The notes: generated by a model from the letters alone, not told the origin. 64,000 nt of DNA from Hyphomicrobiaceae bacterium (GCA_031379035.1 JANNEU010000083.1:2854-66853); one strand, 5' to 3'; positions 8,388-18,377 are shown, counted from the first letter of the stretch. Numbers and translations: made by a program.

Positions 8388-9866
8388 ATGTTTGGCAAAC
8401 GCACAAATGACGGTGGCATGAAGCGCCTTGCACCGGCGACGCCGGCGGCCGCGTCGGCTGTGCCGATGAAGTCGGCGGAACAGCAGCGCGCGGCTGCACC
8501 AGCGCCGGAACCGAAGCAGTCACGGGCACCGGAGACGGTAGCGGCGACAGAGCGGCGGCACTCGGAAGAGTACTATGACGTCAAGACGACGGTGTTCAAC
8601 GCGCTGATCGACACGATCGACCTGACGCAGCTTGCCAAGCTTGATGCCCCGGCGGCGCGCGAAGAAATTCGCGATATCGTGAGCGAGATCATCCAGCTCA
8701 AGAACGTCGTGATGTCGATCGCGGAGCAGGAAGAACTGCTCGAAGATATCTGCAACGACGTGCTGGGGTATGGTCCCCTGGAGCCGCTGCTCGCGCGCGA
8801 TGACATCGCCGACATCATGGTCAACGGTGCAACAACCACATTCATCGAAGTCGGTGGTAAGGTGCAAAAGACCTCCGTGCGCTTTGCCGATAATGCGCAG
8901 TTGATGAACATCTGCCAACGCATCGTGAGCCAAGTCGGCCGCCGCGTCGACGAATCAAGCCCCATATGTGACGCTCGTCTGCCGGACGGCAGCCGTGTCA
9001 ACGTCATCGCACCGCCGCTCGCCATTGATGGGCCTTGCCTGACCATTCGTAAGTTCAAGAAGGATCGTCTGCGCCTCGATAACCTGGTGAAGTTCGGATC
9101 TATCTCACCGGCTGCAAAGGTCGTGCTCGAAGTGATCGGGCGCGTTCGCTGCAACATTCTGATTTCCGGCGGCACCGGCTCTGGCAAGACGACACTGCTG
9201 AACTGCCTAACAGGTTGCGTCGATCACGAGGAGCGCATCATCACGTGCGAAGACTCGGCCGAATTGCAGCTTCAGCAGCCCCACGTTGTGCGCCTTGAAA
9301 CGCGGCCGCCCAACCTTGAAGGCGAAGGCGAGATCACCATGCGTGATCTTGTCAAGAACTGCCTGCGTATGCGCCCGGAACGCATCATCGTCGGCGAGGT
9401 CCGCGGACCGGAGGCGTTCGACCTGCTGCAGGCGATGAACACGGGCCATGACGGTTCGATGGGTACGCTTCACTCCAACAGCCCGCGCGAAGCCATCAGC
9501 CGTCTCGAAAGCATGATCATGATGGGCGGCTACGCCCTACCACCGAAGACCATTCGCGAAATGATTACCGGCTCCATCGACGTCATTGTGCAGGCTTCGC
9601 GCCTGCGTGACGGCAGCCGCAAGATCACGCACATCACCGAAGTGGTCGGCATGGAAGGTGATGTGGTCACATTGCAAGACATCATCGTTTACGAAATCAC
9701 CGGTGAAGATGCCAATGGCAAGCTGGTGGGGCGCCACCGTTCAACTGGCATCGCGCGTCCGCGCTTTTGGGAGCGGGCAGAATATTATGGTGACACGCCG
9801 CGACTCGCAGAAGCGCTGTCATCGGCGGAAGTTTCCGACTTCAACGGCAATCCGATGGGGAGCTGA
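8388..9866 (+). CDS. cpaF: Flp pilus secretion ATPase CpaF (TadA)
   Basis: MFGKR start, Walker [10 protein letters not shown], and VirB11/GspE-type motifs ([17 protein letters not shown]). Confidence 0.95.
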   Translation: MFGKRTNDGGMKRLAPATPAAASAVPMKSAEQQRAAAPAPEPKQSRAPETVAATERRHSEEYYDVKTTVFNALIDTIDLTQLAKLDAPAAREEIRDIVSEIIQLKNVVMSIAEQEELLEDICNDVLGYGPLEPLLARDDIADIMVNGATTTFIEVGGKVQKTSVRFADNAQLMNICQRIVSQVGRRVDESSPICDARLPDGSRVNVIAPPLAIDGPCLTIRKFKKDRLRLDNLVKFGSISPAAKVVLEVIGRVRCNILISGGTGSGKTTLLNCLTGCVDHEERIITCEDSAELQLQQPHVVRLETRPPNLEGEGEITMRDLVKNCLRMRPERIIVGEVRGPEAFDLLQAMNTGHDGSMGTLHSNSPREAISRLESMIMMGGYALPPKTIREMITGSIDVIVQASRLRDGSRKITHITEVVGMEGDVVTLQDIIVYEITGEDANGKLVGRHRSTGIARPRFWERAEYYGDTPRLAEALSSAEVSDFNGNPMGS

Positions 9867-9871
9867 GGATC

Positions 9872-10864
9872 ATGGACTCCGATGATCTGCTATTTTTTGG
9901 CCTGATCGCCGTCGCCGCTTTGTGCGTGATCGTGGTGATCTATCTGCTGCTCGCGCCCTACACGACGGGCGAGAGGCGGGCGGAAAAACGTCTCGCCGGC
10001 GTCGCCGAAGGCACCCGCAAGATCAACGGTAAGATACAGGAAGCGGCCAATAACCGTAAAAAGCAGGTCGTCGATACGCTTAAGGACCTGGAGGCCAAGC
10101 AGGCCGCCAGCAAGAAGGTTTCACTCCGGCAACTGCTGATGCAGGCGGGATTGCAGATCGACGTGAAGACGTTCTGGGTCGCGAGTGCCGTTTCCGGCTT
10201 GCTGGTGACGGTGATCCTGTTTTTCTCGGCGCCGACGCTGCATCCGATCGTCGTGGTTGGCGTCGGCATTGCCGGCGCGCTCGGGTTGCCGCGCTTTATG
10301 GTCGGCCGGATGATCAAACGCCGGCACAAGAAGTTCCTCAACGAGTTTGCCAATTCCATCGACATCATTGTGCGCGGGGTCAAATCCGGCCTGCCGCTCA
10401 ACGAATGCCTCAACATCATCGCACGGGAAAGCCCGGAGCCTGTCTGCCTCGAGTTTCGCGAAGTTGTGGATCAGCAGCGCGTCGGTGTGCCGTTGCAGCA
10501 GTGTTTCGAGCGCATGATGGAACGCGTGCCGCTGGCAGAGGTCCGGTTCTTCGGCATCGTGATTGGTATTCAGCAGTCAGCCGGCGGCAACCTGTCGGAA
10601 GCACTTGGCAACCTGTCGGGCGTGCTGCGTGACCGTAAAACCATGGCTGCCAAGGTGCAGGCGCTGTCTGCCGAAGCCAAGGCATCGGCGGCCGTGCTTG
10701 GCTCGTTGCCGTTCATCGTGATGATCCTCGTGTACCTTTCAACGCCTGAATACATCGCGCTCCTCTGGCAGAAGACATACGGTAACTTCATGCTGCTTGG
10801 CTCTGGCGTGTGGATGACCTGTGGGCTGTTGATGATGCGCAAGATGATCAACTTCAAGTTCTGA
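9872..10864 (+). CDS. tadB: Flp pilus inner-membrane platform protein TadB
   Basis: T2SS-F-like membrane protein immediately after cpaF. Confidence 0.85.
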   Translation: MDSDDLLFFGLIAVAALCVIVVIYLLLAPYTTGERRAEKRLAGVAEGTRKINGKIQEAANNRKKQVVDTLKDLEAKQAASKKVSLRQLLMQAGLQIDVKTFWVASAVSGLLVTVILFFSAPTLHPIVVVGVGIAGALGLPRFMVGRMIKRRHKKFLNEFANSIDIIVRGVKSGLPLNECLNIIARESPEPVCLEFREVVDQQRVGVPLQQCFERMMERVPLAEVRFFGIVIGIQQSAGGNLSEALGNLSGVLRDRKTMAAKVQALSAEAKASAAVLGSLPFIVMILVYLSTPEYIALLWQKTYGNFMLLGSGVWMTCGLLMMRKMINFKF

Positions 10865-10944
10865 GCCGCGTACGTTGCGTTCTCGTGTTTCACCGGGATC
10901 CGCCCCAACACACATGAGCCCGCCTCAACAGCCTAGGTCCCATC

Positions 10945-11916
10945 ATGCAGGAATTTATCGAAGCGATTACACGGCCAGAGGTGCTCTTGGCACTTTTCGC
11001 AGCCGTTTCGATTTTCGCTACAGCGATGATCGTGCTGCTGCCGACGATGTCGCGCGACCGGTTGCCCGCACGGATGCGGGTGATGGCTGTCGAACGCGAC
11101 AAGATGCGCGCGTCGCGGATGGCGGAACTGAACAAGAAAGACGGAGCGTCGTTGCGGCAGTCGCCGCAGGGGTTCATGCTCGAAATCGTCGATAAGCTCA
11201 ATCTGCGATCCAGCTTTGACACCGAGGAAGTGCGTGACAAGCTGAAAATGGCCGGACTGCGCGGTCAGGCGCCGCTGGTTGCCTATATGTTTTTCCGGCT
11301 TGCGATGCCGATCATTCTGACAATTGCGGCGCTAATCTATCTGTTCTTCATCGCCAACCTCGAGCATCCGCCGATTGTGAAGATCGGTATCGCGCTTGGC
11401 GTCGGCTATGTCGGATACTATCTGCCGAACGTTTTTGTGCAGAACCAGATCACCAAGCGTCAGCAATCAATCTCGGCGGGCTTTCCAGATGCCCTCGACA
11501 TGCTGCTGATCTGTGTACAGTCGGGCATGTCGGTCGAAGCGGCATTTGGCAAGGTGGCTGCCGAAATCGGCGTACAGTCGCTTGAACTGGCCGAAGAACT
11601 CTCGGTCACCACTGCCGAACTTTCGTATCTTACTGAGCGCCGGCAAGCCTACGAAAACCTGGCGCGGCGGACCGGACTGCCCGGAGTGAAGGGCGTCGCA
11701 ACGGCGCTGATCCAGGCGGAACGCTATGGTACGCCGGTCGGCACCGCGCTGCGGGTGATGGCTAAAGAAAACCGTGATGCCCGCATGATGGACGCCGAAA
11801 AGAAAGCGGCGGCGCTGCCGCCCAAACTGACCGTGCCGATGATCGTGTTCTTCCTGCCAGTGCTATTCGTGGTCATTATCGGGCCGGCGCTTATTCAGGT
11901 GTTCCAGTGGGACTGA
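10945..11916 (+). CDS. tadC: Flp pilus inner-membrane platform protein TadC
   Basis: Second T2SS-F-like membrane protein, paralogous in architecture to TadB. Confidence 0.85.
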   Translation: MQEFIEAITRPEVLLALFAAVSIFATAMIVLLPTMSRDRLPARMRVMAVERDKMRASRMAELNKKDGASLRQSPQGFMLEIVDKLNLRSSFDTEEVRDKLKMAGLRGQAPLVAYMFFRLAMPIILTIAALIYLFFIANLEHPPIVKIGIALGVGYVGYYLPNVFVQNQITKRQQSISAGFPDALDMLLICVQSGMSVEAAFGKVAAEIGVQSLELAEELSVTTAELSYLTERRQAYENLARRTGLPGVKGVATALIQAERYGTPVGTALRVMAKENRDARMMDAEKKAAALPPKLTVPMIVFFLPVLFVVIIGPALIQVFQWD

Positions 11917-12110
11917 GCCAACGCGAGTAGAAGTCAGACCCGCAACCTCATGGCGTACCGAATTTCGGCGCGCCATTGACATGTCTGGTCCGATCCTTGA
12001 TATCGTCCACTTTCTAAGACAGAGCCGTGCTCAGTCTTGCCACCCGACAGCGCGAAGCGCCCTCGGGTGCGTTTTGCGTTGGGCGCTTGGTGGCCGGTAG
12101 GACTGTGAAA

Positions 12111-12755
12111 ATGCTGAAAATCTGGGGTCGGAAGACGTCGGTTAATGTCCAGAAGGTGATGTGGGCTGTCGCTGAACTCGGCGTTCCGCATGAGCGGATT
12201 GATGCCGGCGGGCCGTTTGGAAAGACCGATACGGCTGAGTATGGGATGTTGAACCCGAACCGGCTGGTGCCGGTGCTGGAAGATGATGGCCTCGTGCTTT
12301 GGGAAAGCAGCGCAATTGTCCGTTATCTCGCCAATCGGTACGGTAAGGCGGGATTGATGCCCGCAGATTTTATGGGCGCGGCCAGGGCCGACCAGTGGAT
12401 GGACTGGATGCTTTCGTCGCTCTATCCGGAAGTCATCACGACGCTCTTTCAACAGTTCGTGCGCGTAACGGCGGCGGATCGCAATACGGCGCTGGTAGAG
12501 GCTGCCGGGAAACGGGCAGGCGAGAAACTTGCGATTCTGGATAAGCAGCTGGCTGGCAAGCCGTACATTCTGGGCGATACGCTGACGATGGCCGATATCG
12601 CTGTTGGTGCGCTGCTCTATCGCTATCACACGATGCCGATTGCGCGGCCGAGCCTGCAGAACGTCGAAGCTTATTATCAGCGGCTGACATCCCGCAAAGC
12701 CTACCAGGATCACGTCATGATTGACTGGGTCGCCATGAAAATTCCCGGCGCATGA
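12111..12755 (+). CDS. glutathione S-transferase
   Basis: MLKIWGRKTSVNVQKVMWAVAELG...VPVLEDDGLVLWESSAIVRYLA is a GST N-terminal thioredoxin-like fold. ATG at 12111, within ORF 12027..12755. Confidence 0.85.
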   Translation: MLKIWGRKTSVNVQKVMWAVAELGVPHERIDAGGPFGKTDTAEYGMLNPNRLVPVLEDDGLVLWESSAIVRYLANRYGKAGLMPADFMGAARADQWMDWMLSSLYPEVITTLFQQFVRVTAADRNTALVEAAGKRAGEKLAILDKQLAGKPYILGDTLTMADIAVGALLYRYHTMPIARPSLQNVEAYYQRLTSRKAYQDHVMIDWVAMKIPGA

Positions 12756-12767
12756 AACGAGAGGTTC

Positions 12768-12850
12768 GAGGGGTTAGGGGTGAGGGATTAGGGAATTTTC
12801 CCAAAACCTCTTCCCTTACCCCTAAAACCTAACCCCTCACTCCTCACCCC
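12768..12850. repeat. G-rich imperfect palindrome (REP-like) between gst and ffh
   Basis: gaggggttagg (12768-12778) pairs with cctaacccctc (12828-12838), and the inner arms are partly complementary. It contains the word gggttaggggtgaggg, also seen at 40772 and (reverse complement) 41914. Confidence 0.6.
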
Positions 12851-12861
12851 TGGCTTTGCCC

Positions 12862-14502
12862 ATGTTTCAATCGCTGACAGATCGCCTTTCAGGCGTTTTC
12901 GACAAGCTGGCCCGCCGTGGTTCGCTGAGCGACAACGACGTGAACGAAGCGATGCGCGAGGTCCGCCGGGCGTTGCTGGAAGCGGACGTGGCGCTGGATG
13001 TGGTGCGGGACTTCACGGACAAAGTGAAGGCCAAGGCCGTCGGGCAGAACGTCATCAAGTCGGTGTCGCCCGGTCAGATGGTGATCAAGATCGTCAATGA
13101 CGAACTGGTCGCGATGTTGGGGTCGGACGCCGCGCCGATTGACCTCGGAGCGCAGCCGCCGGTGGCCATTCTGATGGTGGGCCTGCAGGGCTCCGGCAAG
13201 ACGACGACGACAGCAAAGATCGGCCACCGGCTGACGACGCGCGACAAGAAAAAAGTGCTGATGGCGTCGCTCGATACGCGACGGCCGGCGGCGATGGAAC
13301 AGCTGATTATTCTTGGTCATCAGATCAACGTCGATGTACTGCCTATCGTTGTGGGCCAGACACCGGTGCAAATTGCCCAGCGCGCACTCGATACGGCGCG
13401 GCTTGGCGGCTTCGATGTGGTGATGCTCGACACGGCTGGCCGGACGACCATCGACGATGAGCTGATGGACGAAGTGGCTGAGGTCAAGCGCATCGCGCAG
13501 CCGCACGAAGTGCTGTTGGTGGCGGATGCGCTGACTGGTCAGGACGCAGTTAACACAGCCAAGGCGTTTGAAGCGCGCGTTGGTGTCACCGGCATCGTGC
13601 TGACGCGCGTCGACGGTGACGGCCGCGGCGGTGCGGCGTTGTCGATGCGTGCGGTAACGGGCCGGCCGATCAAGCTGATCGGCGTCGGTGAAAAGTGGGA
13701 TGCGCTCGAAGACTTTGACCCGAAGCGGATTGCTGGCCGCATTCTCGGCATGGGCGATATCGTCGGGCTGGTTGAGAAGGCGGCGCAGACGCTGGACGCC
13801 GGCAAGGCGATGGCGATTGCCGAGAAGATGCGCAAGGGCGCGTTTGATCTCGATGATTTGTCGGAGCAGTTGAGCCAGGTTGAAAAGCTCGGCGGTATGG
13901 GTTCGATCATGGGCATGATGCCGGGCATCGGCAAAATGAAGAAGCAGATCGATGCGGCGGGTGGTGTCGACGAGAAGATGATTAAGCGGCAACGCGCGAT
14001 CATCTCGTCCATGACCCCGCATGAGCGGCGCCATCCGAAAGTGCTGGACGGTAAGCGCAAGCGGCGCGTCGCGGCCGGCAGCGGCACCAAACCGGAGGAG
14101 ATCAACAAGCTCCTCAAGATGCATCGCGACATGGCCGACATGATGAAGATGATGAAGAAGAACCCCGGCATGATGGGCAAGATGGCTGGTGCATTGGGGC
14201 TCGGCGGTGGTGGTTTGGGCGGCATGATGGGTGGTGGTGGCGCCCCAAGTGCGGTCGAGCTCGAAGCCATGCAGAAGGAGCTCGCCGGGCTTGACCCCCG
14301 CGCGCTGGAGCAGTTGCCGAAAGAGGTGCGCGACGCGCTGGCGAATTTGCCGGAAGCGGGCAAGACGCCGCCCAAGGCCACCCCGACATTGCCAGGTCTC
14401 GGCGGGGGACTCCCCGGCCTTGGCGGCTTGCGTCTCCCAGGCCTCGGTGGTCCCAGCCTGCCTAAAGGCCCGTTCCCCTTCGGCGGGGGGAAGAAAAAGT
14501 GA
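12862..14502 (+). CDS. ffh: signal recognition particle protein Ffh, with a long Gly/Met/Pro-rich C-terminal tail
   Basis: MFQSLTDRLSG start, GLQGSGKTTT, DTAGR, and a Met-rich M domain. Confidence 0.95.
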   Translation: MFQSLTDRLSGVFDKLARRGSLSDNDVNEAMREVRRALLEADVALDVVRDFTDKVKAKAVGQNVIKSVSPGQMVIKIVNDELVAMLGSDAAPIDLGAQPPVAILMVGLQGSGKTTTTAKIGHRLTTRDKKKVLMASLDTRRPAAMEQLIILGHQINVDVLPIVVGQTPVQIAQRALDTARLGGFDVVMLDTAGRTTIDDELMDEVAEVKRIAQPHEVLLVADALTGQDAVNTAKAFEARVGVTGIVLTRVDGDGRGGAALSMRAVTGRPIKLIGVGEKWDALEDFDPKRIAGRILGMGDIVGLVEKAAQTLDAGKAMAIAEKMRKGAFDLDDLSEQLSQVEKLGGMGSIMGMMPGIGKMKKQIDAAGGVDEKMIKRQRAIISSMTPHERRHPKVLDGKRKRRVAAGSGTKPEEINKLLKMHRDMADMMKMMKKNPGMMGKMAGALGLGGGGLGGMMGGGGAPSAVELEAMQKELAGLDPRALEQLPKEVRDALANLPEAGKTPPKATPTLPGLGGGLPGLGGLRLPGLGGPSLPKGPFPFGGGKKK

Positions 14503-15023
14503 CCGGGATTCCCACGCTGGAAACAGAGCGCCTCTGGCTTCGGAGCTGGCGCGAGAGCGATCTTGATCGCTATTTCATGCTGCGCGGTGATGAGGCGGCC
14601 ACGCAGTTTATCGGTGGTGTCACTTCACGCGACGATACTTGGCGCGGGATTGCAATGCTGCTCGGGCATCAGATCCTGCGTGGTTATAGTATTTTTGCGC
14701 TCGAAGAAAAGTCGACGGGTTTGCTTGTTGGTTATTGCGGGCCCTGGTTTCCGCTCGGCTTTCCCGAACCGGAAATCGGCTGGGGGCTCATCCCGTCTGA
14801 GCAGGGCAAAGGCTTTGCGACCGAAGCCGCCAAGCGCGCGCTCGCCTTCGCCTTCGGCCCGCTCGGCTGGACAACAGCCATCAGCTTGATCGCGCCAGAA
14901 AATTTGCCCTCTAAGCGCGTGGCCGAACGCCTCGGTGCCAAACTCGAGGGCAGCACAGAGTTTCGCGGCCGGATGTGCGGGATCTACCGCCATGCGGCTC
15001 GGATACAGACATCAACATCTTGA
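14499..15023 (+). CDS. GNAT-family N-acetyltransferase (RimJ/RimL-like)
   Basis: [11 protein letters not shown]...GYCGPW...IGWGL motifs. The GTG start overlaps the ffh stop (GTGA). Confidence 0.8.
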   Translation: MTGIPTLETERLWLRSWRESDLDRYFMLRGDEAATQFIGGVTSRDDTWRGIAMLLGHQILRGYSIFALEEKSTGLLVGYCGPWFPLGFPEPEIGWGLIPSEQGKGFATEAAKRALAFAFGPLGWTTAISLIAPENLPSKRVAERLGAKLEGSTEFRGRMCGIYRHAARIQTSTS

Positions 15024-15045
15024 ACACGAAACTGGAGACGAAGAC

Positions 15046-15414
15046 ATGTCAGTGAAAATGCGTTTGTCGCGCGGCGGCAGCAAGAAGCGTCCCTATTACT
15101 ACGTTGTTATCGCGCATGCGCAGAGCCCGCGCGACGGCAAGTACATCGAGCAGATCGGCACTTTCAATCCGCTGCTGAAGAAAGATAATCCGGAGCGGTC
15201 CAAGCTCAACGCTGAGCGCGTTGCACATTGGCTGAAGGTCGGCGCACAGCCGACTGATCGCGTGATGCGGCTGCTGGATGCGGCGGGCCTCGCCAAGCGC
15301 GTAGCGCCGAACAATCCGGAAAAAGCCAAGCCGAAGAAGAAGGCGCAGGAGCGGACTGCTGCTGCTGCAGCGGCGGCTGCGAAGGCTGCTGGTGGTGACA
15401 AGCCGGCGGCGTGA
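15046..15414 (+). CDS. rpsP: 30S ribosomal protein S16 (with Ala/Lys-rich C-terminal extension)
   Basis: [42 protein letters not shown], with a GGAGA SD. Confidence 0.95.
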   Translation: MSVKMRLSRGGSKKRPYYYVVIAHAQSPRDGKYIEQIGTFNPLLKKDNPERSKLNAERVAHWLKVGAQPTDRVMRLLDAAGLAKRVAPNNPEKAKPKKKAQERTAAAAAAAAKAAGGDKPAA

Positions 15415-15431
15415 TCTGCCATTGAGTTCAG

Positions 15432-15473
15432 CCGCGCGGCCGCTGGTTTCAGCTGCCGCGCGGTTTGCATTTT
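15432..15473 (+). terminator. hairpin plus T-tract after rpsP
   Basis: ccgcgcggc, a 14-nt loop, gccgcgcgg, followed by tttgcatttt. Confidence 0.45.
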
Positions 15474-15657
15474 GAGTGACGCGAACAGGGCTTTGTTAAC
15501 TCCGTACAAAGACGCACTAAAAATATGTGCTTTTGGATTGCTTTCGAAACACCAGACAAAGGATTAATTTACCGCGCTCGTACAATCTCCGCCCCGAGAG
15601 ATGGCTACAACGGCTGGCGGGTCCGTTGAGCATCATTGCGGTTTGCTTGGGGGACTT

Positions 15658-16002
15658 ATGAAAGACGGGCTGTACGAGGCCGAGTTCGGCACGACTTTGG
15701 GCATGGGCACGGCGCAACTGACCCTGCGGGATGGTGTGGTGACAGGACGTACGTCCAACGGTCTCCCCATTGCAGGCCGGTGCAGCCTCGATCCGAGGCG
15801 CAATCTGATCGTCTATGAAATGACGGTTGAGGTTCCGCCGAATACGGACACGCTGTCGGGGTTCTCGACCGGTGACAATGGCCGCGCCGTGATGGTGCGC
15901 GGTGAGAAAGCGGTTGGCGCTGCTGGCAACCGTTTTTCTTTTGGATTTGCCGGGCGTGCGGTGGACGTGGCGATGCGCTATGTTGGTTCCCTCAAGGATT
16001 GA
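15658..16002 (+). CDS. small hypothetical protein (GrlR-family-like by N-terminal MKDGLYEAEF pattern; uncertain)
   Basis: ORF with an ATG at 15658. Its architecture resembles small lipocalin-like GrlR-family proteins from memory only. It is inserted between rpsP and rimM. Confidence 0.45.
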   Translation: MKDGLYEAEFGTTLGMGTAQLTLRDGVVTGRTSNGLPIAGRCSLDPRRNLIVYEMTVEVPPNTDTLSGFSTGDNGRAVMVRGEKAVGAAGNRFSFGFAGRAVDVAMRYVGSLKD

Positions 16003-16573
16003 TAGAGGGATCGGGTCCTACGTGCCTGCTGCAAAGTCACATCGCATTGTTATTGCCCACGTCACCAGTGCGCACGGCATCCGGGGCGATGTCGTGCTTA
16101 AGACGCACATGGACGATCCGCATGATCTCACTGGCTATGGGCCACTGACAGACGAGGCGGGGACGCGGCGGTTTGAGATCAAGTCACTGCGGGTGACCGC
16201 CAAGGGCGTGGTCGTCCACTTCAAAGGTGTGGAAGATCGGACGACGGCCGAGGGTCTGCGTGGGGTTGGACTATTTGTTGATCGCGCGGCACTGCTGCCG
16301 GCGGAGGACGGTGCCTTTTATCACGTCGATCTAATCGGGCTGGCAGCGGTCGATGCGGCGGGTGCCGTTGTCGGCAAGGTCGTTGCTGTGCAGAATTTCG
16401 GGGCGGGGACACTGTTGGAAATCAGCCGTTCTGGCGTGCGCGAGACCGAGTATGTGCCGTTCACGGATGCGTTCGTGCCGGAGGTTGATATCGCGGGCGG
16501 GCGTGTCATTGTCGTCATGCCGGTGATGGTTGGTGAGCCGGAGCCGAAGGACGACGGCGATGAGCGCGGCTGA
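15980..16573 (+). CDS. rimM: 16S rRNA processing protein RimM
   Basis: HRIVIAHVTSAHGIRGDVVLKTH plus a PRC-barrel C-terminus. The start is ambiguous (ATG 15980 or GTG 16022). Confidence 0.85.
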   Translation: MLVPSRIDRGIGSYVPAAKSHRIVIAHVTSAHGIRGDVVLKTHMDDPHDLTGYGPLTDEAGTRRFEIKSLRVTAKGVVVHFKGVEDRTTAEGLRGVGLFVDRAALLPAEDGAFYHVDLIGLAAVDAAGAVVGKVVAVQNFGAGTLLEISRSGVRETEYVPFTDAFVPEVDIAGGRVIVVMPVMVGEPEPKDDGDERG

Positions 16574-17033
16574 CAGCACACTCAACTGCCGGCCGGCGGC
16601 GGCCGGTGACCTGGAAGCGATCATCGCACTGCTGGCGGATGATGTTTACGGGCAGGCGCGCAATCCGCTCTATGGGGATGCGAAGACTGCCTACGACGCG
16701 GCGTTTGCGGAGATGGCCGACAATGCTGACAACACAGTGATTGTTGCGGACTTTGGTCGTCGGCTTGTGGTCGGCTGTTACCAGTTGACCTTCATCCGTG
16801 GCTTGAGCCATCGCGGCGCGCGGCGGGCGCAGATCGAGAGTGTGCGGATAGCCGGCGGACTGCGCGGGCAGGGGCTTGGCATGGATCTGATGCAGGATGC
16901 GATTAAGCGCGCGCGAGCGGGCGGTGCCAATCTCGTGCAGCTCACGACCGATATGCGGCGGCCGCAAACGAGGACGTTCTATGAGCGTCTCGGATTTGCG
17001 GCCAGCCATCACGGTATGAAGCTGATGTTGTAG
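16560..17033 (+). CDS. GNAT-family N-acetyltransferase
   Basis: The acetyl-CoA motif RGQGLGMDLMQDAI and YERLGF. The ATG overlaps the 3' end of rimM. Confidence 0.8.
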   Translation: MSAADSTLNCRPAAAGDLEAIIALLADDVYGQARNPLYGDAKTAYDAAFAEMADNADNTVIVADFGRRLVVGCYQLTFIRGLSHRGARRAQIESVRIAGGLRGQGLGMDLMQDAIKRARAGGANLVQLTTDMRRPQTRTFYERLGFAASHHGMKLML

Positions 17034-17043
17034 GCTGGCCCGA

Positions 17044-17772
17044 CTATTCCCCAGCACCGTCGGCGGTTTCCTTTTCGCCGAGGCCTTTGAGGCTGGCGAG
17101 CATGCGCGCTTCCTCTTCGGCGGCGGTTTCCTCGGCGGTTTCTGCCACTTTCGGCTTCATGATTTCCATGGTCGGCTGTGGGCCGAGGCCTGGTACCGAC
17201 TTCTCGACCGGCAACAGTGTGCCACCGCCGGCACCGGGCGGCAGACGCTTCGCTGATTTGCGAACTTCGGCGTCTAGATCGGTTTGTGTGCAGAGGCCAA
17301 GTGTCACCGGGTCCTGCGGGACCAAGTTCTGGGAATTCCAGTGGGTCCGCTCGCGGATCTGAGCGATGGTTGGCTTGGTGGTGCCGACAAGACGCATGAT
17401 CTGGGAGTCACGGAGTTCGGAATGACTTTTCAACAGCCAGAGCACGGCGTTGGGGCGATCATGGCGGCGAGAGACCGGCGTGTAACGCGGCCCGCGCTTG
17501 GTCTTGACTGGCGGTGCCGTAACGCGGCTCTCCGCAAGCCGCAGGGCGTGCTGGTCATTCTTTTCGCCGCGGGCGATCTCTTCGCGGGTCAGCTGGGAGT
17601 TGGTGACGGGGTCGTGACCCTTGATGCCCTGGGCGACATCGCCATCGGCGATGCCTTTGACTTCGAGTGGGTGCAGGCCGCAGAATACCGCGATCTGGGC
17701 GAACGACAGGGAGGTATTTTCGACGAGCCAAACGGCGGTCGCCTTCGGCATCAGGGGCTTACGATCACTCAT
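17044..17772 (-). CDS. DUF1013-family protein (TrcR-like cell-cycle regulator family)
   Basis: MSDRKPLMPKATAVWLVENTSLSFAQIAVFCGLHPLEVKGIADG... and a second repeat LLKSHSELRDSQIMRLVGTTKPTIAQIR, the typical duplicated DUF1013 pattern. Confidence 0.75.
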   Translation of the reverse strand: MSDRKPLMPKATAVWLVENTSLSFAQIAVFCGLHPLEVKGIADGDVAQGIKGHDPVTNSQLTREEIARGEKNDQHALRLAESRVTAPPVKTKRGPRYTPVSRRHDRPNAVLWLLKSHSELRDSQIMRLVGTTKPTIAQIRERTHWNSQNLVPQDPVTLGLCTQTDLDAEVRKSAKRLPPGAGGGTLLPVEKSVPGLGPQPTMEIMKPKVAETAEETAAEEEARMLASLKGLGEKETADGAGE

Positions 17773-17969
17773 GGGGGCTCTCCTCGACCCGAGCGGCCAT
17801 GCGGCACAAGCTCGAGCCCAACTGCGACTGATTGAATTGGATGATGTGTCTATAGCGCGGCTGGGCGGCTTTGCGCAACCGTTTCGACGCACCGCGATAG
17901 CAATGATTGCGGGCGTTGGTGCGGTGCGATAGAAAGCGGGTGTGTGGACTTTTCAGGGAGATGCGCGGC

Positions 17970-18377
17970 ATGGCCGATGCGAGCGTTAAGCATGAGCGGC
18001 CACTGTCGCCGCATCTCGGCATTTATCGAATGTCGATCAGCATGTTGATGTCGATCGTGCACCGGATCACCGGGGCGGCGCTTTATTTCGGCACCATCCT
18101 GCTGGCAGCGTGGCTGATCGGAATCGCGCAGGGGCCGAAGGCTTTTAACACCGTGAACAGCTTCTTTGGCCATCCGGTCGGGCTGTTCATCATGTTCGGC
18201 TACACTTGGGCACTGATCCACCACATGCTGGGCGGGCTCAAGCATTTCGTGTGGGACACCGGTCGGGGGTTCAATCTTCGGACGGTCAATCTGCTCAGCT
18301 GGCTGACGCCGATCTTGTCCGTGGGACTGACGGCCGCCATCTGGCTTGTTGCACTGCACATGCGGGGGTTGATCTAA
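17970..18377 (+). CDS. sdhC: succinate dehydrogenase cytochrome b556 subunit
   Basis: RPLSPHLGIYRMSISMLMSIVHRITG. Confidence 0.9.
   Translation: MADASVKHERPLSPHLGIYRMSISMLMSIVHRITGAALYFGTILLAAWLIGIAQGPKAFNTVNSFFGHPVGLFIMFGYTWALIHHMLGGLKHFVWDTGRGFNLRTVNLLSWLTPILSVGLTAAIWLVALHMRGLI

Noticed and set aside
6857-8419. 520-aa minus-strand ORF
   Set aside because: It is antisense to cpaD/cpaE, Arg/His-rich with no recognisable motif, and is a typical high-GC shadow ORF. The + strand CpaE call has a clear P-loop and SD.
11934-12713. 259-aa minus-strand ORF
   Set aside because: It is antisense to the glutathione S-transferase gene, which has clear GST motifs.
12889-14124. 411-aa minus-strand ORF
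   Set aside because: It is antisense to ffh, whose identity is unambiguous, so this is a shadow ORF.
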